In this document: positions 55,854-64,000 of the stretch, piece by piece
Layout of the letters: every line of letters begins with the position of its first letter
Numbering within the stretch: the first letter of the stretch is position 1
Source: an uncultured Bacteroidales bacterium
Lineage (GTDB): Bacteria; Bacteroidota; Bacteroidia; Bacteroidales; WCHB1-69
Length of the DNA stretch: 64,000 nucleotides
Direction of reading: 5' to 3'
Assembly: GCA_946409645.1 (NCBI GenBank)
Contig: CAMJXE010000001.1
Coordinates: forward strand, 27,710-91,709
Position numbers and translations under genes: made by a program
The notes under the pieces: model-generated
Database searches by the model: none
What the model was told of the DNA's origin: nothing
The model's input: the letters and a program-made list of their open reading frames with translations, nothing else

Positions 55854-58800
55854 CTATTGAGACAACATTAACTGTAACTGAATACCAGTTTCAAAATTCA
55901 TATTGTCGTATTGGTTCATTACCTTTGGCTTGTTGATGGCCTGGTCATAATAAAACTTCAGACCCACCATACGGCTAAACTGGTAATCGGCAGAAATATT
56001 GATAGTCATATTCAAGGAGCCAGAAGTCACCTGTTCATTGTCCTCAGTTATACGACGAAGCATCGTCTGGTTGTCTTTCAAGCCGAAACCAGCTGAAACA
56101 TTCAAGTCGCTGACAAACTGACGTTTAACGCCCGCAAACACCAATCCGATTTTAATATCCTTAAAGCGATAACCTGCGGAAACAGTAACTTCCTTGCTGG
56201 TCGTTTCCGTAATCTGTGTGTTGGCGAAGCTGAGGGATATATTTCGGGATTGCTTGTACTCCACTTTCATCAACATGCTGTTTTTCAATGTCATATCAAA
56301 ACCAATCAGCGGGCCAAATTGTTCAACCATCGACATTTGGCTAAGCTCATTGGTGGCGATGAAATCGCCTAATGTATTGTATGCGTTGGGGTACCCATTC
56401 GCATCTGCGGAGAAGGCAATATTGGTGGAATAATTGCCGACATTATAGCTACAAGTGTAATTGTGAATCAAAGAGAAGCTTTGGAATATTTTGCTAAATG
56501 CTTTGATTTTTGTCAAACCGTTGTAATTCAATCGCCAGTTGGGCAATGGAATTTTCAGGAACGGGGAAAAGATATCGCCTTTTTGTGCGTCCTTGCTCAA
56601 GTAAGTGGTCATGAATGCACCCATCAACACATCTTGAGAAATGGCACTGTAACCGACTGGATAACCTGTCTCAGGATCGACATCACCTGTATAATTGGGG
56701 TTGTTTTCAGCGTAGCGTTCCGCTAATTGAGCACGCACTTCGCGGAACTGCTGGAATAGTTCATCATGATTCTTGAAAAATGTTCCCAAGCCACAATAGG
56801 TCATGCTGAAGGAACCGGAGCGTTGGGGGGTGTAATGAGACACATTCCCCATTTCGTCAACATGGAAATATTCGGAGAAGTTCTCAGTGAAGTTGCGGTT
56901 AGCTGAAACGTCGATTCTGAAATCGCGGAACGGTTCCACTGTGGCGCGGAAATTTATCACTTGGTTCTTAGTACGTTGGTAAGCCGTATTCAACAAGGAA
57001 TCTGTAGTTAACCAACCATTACGAGCACCAATCGCTTGAATGTCGGGCTGGCCGCCAAACATAAATAGGAATCCTGGACCATTGGCCTCCTTACCATGCC
57101 CAAGCAAAGAAGCTGAATACATGTAGCCTGGCAGCACGGTTCCGCGACCTTGCGAATAGGTGGCAGAAATGTTGCGCACTGACATGAGCAGACGTACCGT
57201 TCCGTCTAAAATCATCCTACCCACTTGAGGCTTTTCTCGCAACGAATCGTTCTTGTCGTGCTTCTTACCTTTTTTACCTTTCTGTACTTCATTTTCCACA
57301 TCATCCTTAGCGTTTTTCCCTTTATCAGCCTTGTCTTTGTTGTTTAGGCTAATACCTTGGTTGACTTTCTTAAGATAAGGAACTGAGTTGTATAGAGTTA
57401 CGAAATTCAAAGAGGCGTTGCCCTGAATATTCTGTGAGTTTTGAATGGTGTTACCCAAATATGAGATTGAGAGTGCCGATGCCGTGTACATGTACATGGA
57501 AGAGTAACGAACATTCGCAGTCACAAATTTGAATATAGGTATCTTATTGATAGGCACTTGATAAGTGGCGTTGAAATTTTGACGATAGTCGGTAGTACGA
57601 CCGCCTTTTCCCAAACAGCGCCAAACGGAATCTTTTTTCGCTCGCGTGTCAATTCGCCCGTCGGGTTCATCGATTCGTGCAGAAGCGTCCGCTCTGAACT
57701 CCAGTTTCAAACTCTGGAAAATATCCCAGTTGATGGCATAGTTGCGGGTCCAATCGAAAGATTTCACATAGTTCGTATCAATAATGATATTTCCTTTGCT
57801 CTTGGGACGATATTTGAACTCTTGCAAATCACGATGCAACGTAGTGCGAATGGTGATATTCTTAGGCAAGGGTGTGATATTGAAGTCACGAATTAATTGC
57901 AGCCACTTGTTCTTAGTCCATTTTGCACTGGCGAAAGGCTTGTAATTCTTGGGATTAGTGCTGAAAGTATATCCAATTTCACCATTATGGATATATTCGT
58001 TATTCATCTCCAAGTCTTCGTCGCGTTGCACCAACTGGGAGTAGGAGTACGACAAGTCAAAGTTCTCAATATCCCAGAGATGCATTTTGGTATTTCCCTT
58101 GGAGAAGTCACGTTCCTTGCGGACATTCATCAGGTTAACATTCTGGCGTTGTATGACCTTATTGGTCAGGAATCGCAGTGAGTCACGTTGCGAAGCAGGA
58201 AGATCCGCCAACTCATCTTTCATTTTCACGTCTGGGTTAAGCGGGTTGTATTCCGGTTGTACAACCGCCAAAGAATAGTCGTAGTGTACTGGAATTTTTA
58301 TATTCCAATGTTCTGGGAATAAGAGCTTTCCACCGTCAATATTAGTAGCCACATCGAAATTGACGTTCGTTTCATGAGAACGTTCTGTGATAGATTGTTC
58401 CAAGGAGCCGAATCCTGGGGTGGAGTACATACCCGAAATGGTTAGGTCACCCACATCGGCCAAGGTAGTACGTGCTCGCAGTAATGCGGCCACGCCTTGT
58501 CGGTCATCAAAGCCACATAGTCGCAGCTCATTGATCCACATTTCAACCGATTTAGGTTTCATATCATCATAATAGCCACTTACTTCAGCGTCACCCGCTC
58601 GTTTCTTGGGATTTCGGACACCAATCATAATGGTAGTCACTTCGCCCAAATTCGGGTTACCCACGACCGTGAAGCGAGGATCAGAGTTGGAGAGTCGAAT
58701 TCGCGAATAAGGAACCAGAATATTGGGGTGATAACCATTTCTAATCGCTCTGTTACGTTCCATTTTCAGGGCTACCAAAGAATCCAAGGTGATATAAACC

Positions 58801-61800
58801 ATGTTTTGCGAAGGCCAAATGGCGTTTGTGTCGCGACCTACGCCCCAAGGTGTAATCTCAATGGGCAACTCATATTCGTAGTAGTTTTCCGTAAAATCAG
58901 AACCCAAACGGATGAATGCCGTCACATCACCTGGACGCAAATCACCGGAAGAGTAAACATCTTCCGCATGGATATACATCTGCAAGTTATTGAACTGACG
59001 CAAGTCGTAAGAGGTGCTTTTATAGATGGCACGAGAGTCGCCATCTGGCAAATCCACCACCTTCATAGTCACAGATTGCTCATTTTCCTGATACAATTGA
59101 GCGGTCATACCGTAAGCGGTCTCACGGACAATTCCAGGGGGCAACACGTACGGAATAGGTATGCGGTTGGCGTTCTCTTCATAGCTGACGGTTCCAACAT
59201 AGAAGGAGCATTCGCCGTCATCTTGAGTGGGAAGATAGTCACCATCCTCTCGCAGACTCATATTATAAGTGCGCCAGTTGCTGCGAACCAACTCAAAGGT
59301 AGCCAAACGGCAAACAATGGGTTCCTCAAACTCTCTCATGAAAACACGCATGAAGCGTATAGAGTTGAAACCTGTCATATTGTTCACCACCTTGTCAGGA
59401 TTATGGATTGGGATACGGAACTGATACCATTTTGTGGCTGGCCGCTCACCGTTAGGCAGCGGATCTGGGCGCCCTTCATAAATGTCATTGATATAATTCT
59501 CACCCACCACCATTCTGTCGGGTCTGAGGTCAATCACATACTGATAATAACGTTCATCCTCGCTTAAGGTGTTATCGTTATTCATGTCCTCCATGTTTGG
59601 GATGTTGGTGGCAGCAGTGGGATAACTTTCAGGACTTTGGCTCTCTACAGGAGAGTTACCTTCCGCATTGTTGAAATATTTATAACGAGGCACCACTTTG
59701 ACATCCGCTTCATCATAATCTCTACCTCTGAAATAGTGATAGTTATCGGCTGAAGGGTCGGCAACTGCATTCTGATATGCTTGTGAACCCGCACCAAAAG
59801 CAGCGGCAATGCGGTTGATGTAACTATCTTCAAAAAATTCTAACTCCTGGTAGTTGGGCAAACCATCGTAACCCACATCCTGATATTGACGCGCTTCTTG
59901 ACTGTTATCAAAAGCGTTGACAATCAACTGTTGCGTGGAAACACGACCCCAAGCCGTGAATTCCACATCATTATCAGAACCATCAGTAGGCAGACCACTT
60001 TCGAATGATTTCCGACCATCTCGAAGAATATCCTCGGAGATATCACCCAAGTTAAAGTAAATCTTACCGCCCTTGTGTTCAGGATTTTCAATGAAGGGAT
60101 CCATCATCCAGAACTCAATATACTCATAGTTAGATGATTCAAAGTCGGTTTGGTCGAATTTGCGCATGATACCACCCCAACGGGTTTCGGGATCGCGCAA
60201 TGTTCCATCTTCATTCAAACCACGGGAAAAGCCCTCGGAACCATCCACATCATAGTTGTAGGAACCTCTTTCGGAAGGATAATATGCCAAATTGAAGACG
60301 GTCATCAATGTGGACAGTGAAGTGGTTTGTTGTTCTTTGTACGGGAAAAGTTCCGGTTCATAGACGGCACGAGCGTAAGGTTGCGACAAGTCGTCTTTGG
60401 ATATATTAGATGGCACTGCGGAGCCGCTGTTGTAGAATAACGGGTCGATAATGTACCATGAGAGAAGGGCGCGATTGAATCCGTAAGCTAACTGGCGGCG
60501 TGCCGAGGAGGTGGTACTAACTGGAGAGGCCTCAGGGAAGAGGTCTGGCTGTCCCTGTGGTGTGGAAGCTATCACCCAGTTGCTCATCGACTTCAAATCC
60601 ACGGTCGATTTTGCGGACTCGAAATCATCAATATACGTGGTACCACTCTTACCAATCTGTCGGTTGTGTCCGGGTATAAAATGGGCGAATTCACCGTCAA
60701 GGTTCAGGTATGACTTGGTGGTGGTATGATGAAAACTCAACAAGTCAATGGCTTTTGTAATAAACGGCAATTCAGTCTTATAGGCGAAATTCATACCCCA
60801 AATCAAGTTGTTGATGGGCTCATCGCCATAGTTGACCTTGTTGGTGAACGGGCGTTCCCGCAAGTTCAACAAAGTCGCGCCTACAGTGAAATCTTTGGAG
60901 AAGACATAGTCAAGGTTTACGCCGAACATGCGCTTGTCAGTCTGATAAGCATCGTCCACCTCAGGGGTAATCTGAATCGGCGTTCCAGAAGCCAAGATAC
61001 TTTGGTTGATGATGGTCACAACCCCCATATCATAATTGACCGTGTAATCCACATTTTCCGTCAAATTAACACCACCTGCTGTCACTTTCACCGATTTTGT
61101 GGCGCCACCACCTTGGAAATGGAATTCCGATCCGTAGGATGATCGGTAGCTACCTTCAATGTAGTATTTGTTTTTGCTCGTAATCTGCTGTGCCATGGTC
61201 TTCGTCATCGTGTACAACGAGTCGAAGGCATACTTATCGGCGAGTTCTGGCTCGTCAAGAACAGCTCTCAAATCCTTACCGAAAGGCTCTGTGGTGGGGA
61301 AATAGATACGTCCGTTAGAGGAATTAATAGTACCACCATTGATATGTGCGCCATCAATGAAGTCAAAAATTCCATCGGGGGAAGGATCCTGTTGCTGGTT
61401 CAATCGGTCCAAACCCATCAAACGAATCAACGGAATACCTTTTTGCGAACCCATGGTGAAGAATCCGTTGGGTGTTCCTTCTCCGTCACCTGTGTAAAGG
61501 ATGTTCAAACGGAACTTATCGGCAGAAACTTGGTATGCCGACAAGCTATAGACGTTTTTCATCATCAACTTCCACAAAGGAGATTTAGTGTTTAAGTTGG
61601 TGCTTTTCAGCAACTTAGCGCGAATGCAGTTTGGGGTAGCCACCTCGTTGGAAAATTCACCGACCTGATACACTTTATCATCACCAATCACCGTATATTG
61701 GAAAGCAACCGCCAACACTTGGTCGGAGGCCAAAGCGGAATTCAAGGAGATGAAGCCTAATTTCGTGTTCACTGTATATTCACTCGGAGAAAGCAATCGC

Positions 61801-63191
61801 GCACTTTCCACTTTCTCATAGTCGTTCCCCGATTTCATACCGATGGACTGCATGTTGGCAGACACATTGGAAATGTTGCGGATAAGGGAACTGTCAGCGT
61901 AAGAGGTCAAGTTGTTGATGTTGTTGTCTGGATATTGCCCGCCCGAGTAAGCTGGGTTGTAGGAGATGTAGCTACTTGCGGGGTCATATTCACCCAAATC
62001 GGTGAAAGCCACAATGTTACGGTTGTTTGCGGTGGCTGCGCCGACCGTTGTTCGCCAAACTTCAATCTTGGTAATCACGATTGGGGAACTCACCAAAGGT
62101 AATGTACTTAAATACTGACTATAATGCTCTTCGAAGAAATGACCGAGGAAATAGTGCTTGTTTTCCTCGTATTCATCTGCTCTGAAGTAGAAATCCGTCT
62201 GCTCTGCACCACCGGAAACCGTGATGGACTGCGTGGAACCTTTCTTTCGCGATGCAACAGCAGTGACGAAGAGATTACCGAACTTCAACTGTGTTTTAAC
62301 ACCGAAAAGACTTTGGCTTCCAGTGATTAAAGTGCTGTTCAACGGGAATGTGATGTCACCAAATTCAATCAATTGCAGAATGTCGTCTTCTTTACCGTTG
62401 TATTTGAGTTTGATTTGGTCCGTTTTAGTGGTTACCGCTAATTCATCCGTGGAATAATTCAGATTGAATTCGATTTTATCACCGATTTTGGCAAGCAAAT
62501 TCAATTGTATATCCTCGTCAAAGTCGAGTTGAAGGCGCTTACGTTGTTTTACTGGTAAGAGGTAATTGTCTGTTTGTGTGTATTTTACACCTAATTTCAA
62601 GCCAACAGTACCGGAAGGTCGAATGTCGATGGTATTGCTACCGAAGATTCCTTCAAAAATGTCGCCGCCGATATGCAATTGAGGAATGATACCGCTACCT
62701 GTGCGGGATTTTCCGTTACTGCCGATACTGCGACTTTGGTTTTGCCAATAGTCGTGAATGCTTTGCTGTAAATCGTAGTCAATATACTCGTTGATGTTCA
62801 TGTACGCCCCAGGACCGAATGGCGTACTACCTGTCATATACTGGAAGTTATAAGTGTTAGTAATGGGGTCATAAATAATACTTGGGCCAACGCCTGGAGG
62901 GTTGTTCAGATAGAAAGGATTATTAGGACTCGGATTCAAAGGGTTGATGTCCGGCTGGGGAAGGGCAGGAGGGTTGGTGTCGGGAGGACATACAGGTTCA
63001 GGTGCAGGTTCAGCCAAATAAGGAGCAGCGGGCTCCTCTTTCGTATCGCCTACAGGTTCATTTACGGTTTTTTTCACCGATCGGGTATCGCTAAACATCC
63101 ATCCATTTGCGGCTTGCGAACTCAAAAGTCCGATTCCGGTAAGGAGGATTACTACGATGAACGTATATATGTAATAATGTCTAACTTTCAA
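55854..63191 (-). CDS. sprA: T9SS outer-membrane translocon SprA/Sov (2445 aa)
   Basis: Size, signal anchor, beta-rich composition, and the conserved position immediately downstream of ruvA, as in other Bacteroidota. Confidence 0.88.
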   Translation of the reverse strand: MKVRHYYIYTFIVVILLTGIGLLSSQAANGWMFSDTRSVKKTVNEPVGDTKEEPAAPYLAEPAPEPVCPPDTNPPALPQPDINPLNPSPNNPFYLNNPPGVGPSIIYDPITNTYNFQYMTGSTPFGPGAYMNINEYIDYDLQQSIHDYWQNQSRSIGSNGKSRTGSGIIPQLHIGGDIFEGIFGSNTIDIRPSGTVGLKLGVKYTQTDNYLLPVKQRKRLQLDFDEDIQLNLLAKIGDKIEFNLNYSTDELAVTTKTDQIKLKYNGKEDDILQLIEFGDITFPLNSTLITGSQSLFGVKTQLKFGNLFVTAVASRKKGSTQSITVSGGAEQTDFYFRADEYEENKHYFLGHFFEEHYSQYLSTLPLVSSPIVITKIEVWRTTVGAATANNRNIVAFTDLGEYDPASSYISYNPAYSGGQYPDNNINNLTSYADSSLIRNISNVSANMQSIGMKSGNDYEKVESARLLSPSEYTVNTKLGFISLNSALASDQVLAVAFQYTVIGDDKVYQVGEFSNEVATPNCIRAKLLKSTNLNTKSPLWKLMMKNVYSLSAYQVSADKFRLNILYTGDGEGTPNGFFTMGSQKGIPLIRLMGLDRLNQQQDPSPDGIFDFIDGAHINGGTINSSNGRIYFPTTEPFGKDLRAVLDEPELADKYAFDSLYTMTKTMAQQITSKNKYYIEGSYRSSYGSEFHFQGGGATKSVKVTAGGVNLTENVDYTVNYDMGVVTIINQSILASGTPIQITPEVDDAYQTDKRMFGVNLDYVFSKDFTVGATLLNLRERPFTNKVNYGDEPINNLIWGMNFAYKTELPFITKAIDLLSFHHTTTKSYLNLDGEFAHFIPGHNRQIGKSGTTYIDDFESAKSTVDLKSMSNWVIASTPQGQPDLFPEASPVSTTSSARRQLAYGFNRALLSWYIIDPLFYNSGSAVPSNISKDDLSQPYARAVYEPELFPYKEQQTTSLSTLMTVFNLAYYPSERGSYNYDVDGSEGFSRGLNEDGTLRDPETRWGGIMRKFDQTDFESSNYEYIEFWMMDPFIENPEHKGGKIYFNLGDISEDILRDGRKSFESGLPTDGSDNDVEFTAWGRVSTQQLIVNAFDNSQEARQYQDVGYDGLPNYQELEFFEDSYINRIAAAFGAGSQAYQNAVADPSADNYHYFRGRDYDEADVKVVPRYKYFNNAEGNSPVESQSPESYPTAATNIPNMEDMNNDNTLSEDERYYQYVIDLRPDRMVVGENYINDIYEGRPDPLPNGERPATKWYQFRIPIHNPDKVVNNMTGFNSIRFMRVFMREFEEPIVCRLATFELVRSNWRTYNMSLREDGDYLPTQDDGECSFYVGTVSYEENANRIPIPYVLPPGIVRETAYGMTAQLYQENEQSVTMKVVDLPDGDSRAIYKSTSYDLRQFNNLQMYIHAEDVYSSGDLRPGDVTAFIRLGSDFTENYYEYELPIEITPWGVGRDTNAIWPSQNMVYITLDSLVALKMERNRAIRNGYHPNILVPYSRIRLSNSDPRFTVVGNPNLGEVTTIMIGVRNPKKRAGDAEVSGYYDDMKPKSVEMWINELRLCGFDDRQGVAALLRARTTLADVGDLTISGMYSTPGFGSLEQSITERSHETNVNFDVATNIDGGKLLFPEHWNIKIPVHYDYSLAVVQPEYNPLNPDVKMKDELADLPASQRDSLRFLTNKVIQRQNVNLMNVRKERDFSKGNTKMHLWDIENFDLSYSYSQLVQRDEDLEMNNEYIHNGEIGYTFSTNPKNYKPFASAKWTKNKWLQLIRDFNITPLPKNITIRTTLHRDLQEFKYRPKSKGNIIIDTNYVKSFDWTRNYAINWDIFQSLKLEFRADASARIDEPDGRIDTRAKKDSVWRCLGKGGRTTDYRQNFNATYQVPINKIPIFKFVTANVRYSSMYMYTASALSISYLGNTIQNSQNIQGNASLNFVTLYNSVPYLKKVNQGISLNNKDKADKGKNAKDDVENEVQKGKKGKKHDKNDSLREKPQVGRMILDGTVRLLMSVRNISATYSQGRGTVLPGYMYSASLLGHGKEANGPGFLFMFGGQPDIQAIGARNGWLTTDSLLNTAYQRTKNQVINFRATVEPFRDFRIDVSANRNFTENFSEYFHVDEMGNVSHYTPQRSGSFSMTYCGLGTFFKNHDELFQQFREVRAQLAERYAENNPNYTGDVDPETGYPVGYSAISQDVLMGAFMTTYLSKDAQKGDIFSPFLKIPLPNWRLNYNGLTKIKAFSKIFQSFSLIHNYTCSYNVGNYSTNIAFSADANGYPNAYNTLGDFIATNELSQMSMVEQFGPLIGFDMTLKNSMLMKVEYKQSRNISLSFANTQITETTSKEVTVSAGYRFKDIKIGLVFAGVKRQFVSDLNVSAGFGLKDNQTMLRRITEDNEQVTSGSLNMTINISADYQFSRMVGLKFYYDQAINKPKVMNQYDNMNFETGIQLQLMLSQ

Positions 63192-63211
63192 ATTTCTACT
63201 TCTTTTTAAGG

Positions 63212-63802
63212 TTACAATAATTTCAAAGCCTTCTTAATTAGTTCTTCCACAGACAGTTGTATTCCTTCTGATTTGATAATCTTGTCTAAAACTGTCTCTG
63301 CGCCAGACTTCGGGAACCCCAAAGCGACAAGAGCAGATAACGCTTCATATTTATTATTATTGTATGTAACATTAATTTTTGTTGCGTCGGCCCAAGAAGC
63401 TTTCTTGGCTTTGTCCTTCAACTCGATTACTACTCGCTGCGCAGTCTTTGTTCCAATGCCTTTCACCGACTGTATAGCTTTGACATCTTCTGTTGCGATG
63501 GCGTTCAACACTTCTCCCACGCTCATAGAGGAGAGAATCAGTCGGGAGGTGTTCGGCCCGATGCCATTAACGGAAATCAACAACTTGAATAACTCGCGTT
63601 CTTCCTCGGTAGCGAAGCCGTACAACACTTGTGCGTCTTCTTTCACAATGAAATGTGTGAGAATTTTAATCTCCTGACTATCTTTTATCTCGGAAAAAGT
63701 AGCCAACGATATATTGATGTAGTAACCGACCCCACCGGATGTTTCAATGATAACATACGCGGGATTAACCTCTTCAATTCTGCCTTTAATGTGATTAATC
63801 AT
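63212..63802 (-). CDS. ruvA: Holliday junction DNA helicase RuvA
   Basis: MINHIKGRI..VIIETSGGVGYYI .. GIGPNTSRLILS .. VKGIGTKTAQRVVIELKDK. The start is trimmed past the promoter box. Confidence 0.9.
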   Translation of the reverse strand: MINHIKGRIEEVNPAYVIIETSGGVGYYINISLATFSEIKDSQEIKILTHFIVKEDAQVLYGFATEEERELFKLLISVNGIGPNTSRLILSSMSVGEVLNAIATEDVKAIQSVKGIGTKTAQRVVIELKDKAKKASWADATKINVTYNNNKYEALSALVALGFPKSGAETVLDKIIKSEGIQLSVEELIKKALKLL

Positions 63803-63821
63803 ATTGCAAAAAAACAAGCCG

Positions 63822-63829
63822 CAAAGATA
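63822..63829 (-). promoter_or_regulatory. -7 box TATCTTTG for ruvA-sprA
   Basis: Reverse complement of CAAAGATA. Confidence 0.5.
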
Positions 63830-63853
63830 CAAAAAATGAGCTTACACTCTATA

Positions 63854-64000
63854 TTACAATTTCCTTTCTCCCGTATAGGTGAATATTATGCCATTTTCGT
63901 CGCAAAATCGTCGCCAGCGGTCTATATAAAACGGGGTGTTTGAACCATCTGCCACGACTTCCGAAAACGGAAGTAGCTGCATCATCTCTTCCGGCATCAT
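63854..64000 (-). CDS. 3' end of an unidentified gene running in from the window edge
   Basis: Open frame ..PFYIDRWRRFCDENGIIFTYTGERKL* by manual translation; no function recognisable. Confidence 0.3.
   Translation of the reverse strand: MMPEEMMQLLPFSEVVADGSNTPFYIDRWRRFCDENGIIFTYTGERKL

Overview
This 64 kb window looks like Bacteroidota (Bacteroidales, Prevotella-like) chromosome. The taxon is inferred only from three things: many TAnnTTTG -7 promoter boxes, type IX secretion genes (SprA, C-terminal sorting domains), and FISUMP and GH97 proteins.

The window falls into four parts.

(1) 1-19.5 kb is an accessory, defence-type island. It holds a DinD-like fragment, a DUF5131 protein, an HNH nuclease, a Tn5/IS50-like IS with target-site duplication, a secreted 17-aa-repeat protein, a SWIM-SNF2 helicase and a Fic protein. 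Its core is a tightly packed, compositionally mosaic restriction operon: C5-MTase, small PD-(D/E)xK ORF, McrB-type AAA+, DUF1016/YhcG nuclease, and DUF2357/McrC-type nuclease. This operon is preceded by a second DUF1016 gene and two decayed MTase 5' stubs. I consider this hybrid operon the best candidate for an undescribed system.

(2) 19.5-33 kb is mostly housekeeping: Nudix, substrate-binding protein, aldose epimerase, vsr, GNAT, GH97, rfbC, ClC.

(3) 33-52 kb is a surface-protein region. It contains a 2488-aa T9SS cargo built of about eight FN3+jelly-roll modules. It also contains two paralogous roughly 1090-aa FISUMP proteins that carry a T9SS-CTD-like domain near the N-terminus. Each paralog sits behind a conserved, roughly 165-bp non-coding element with 21-bp-phased TTCCGTC repeats. 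One of these elements faces a membrane-anchored LytTR regulator.

(4) 52-64 kb is core genome: manA, a tRNA methyltransferase, tRNA-Ala, a D-Ala-D-Ala dipeptidase, sprA and ruvA.

A family of 7-bp-period tandem arrays marks several gene boundaries. One copy sits in-frame inside vsr. I saw no rRNA genes and no CRISPR array.
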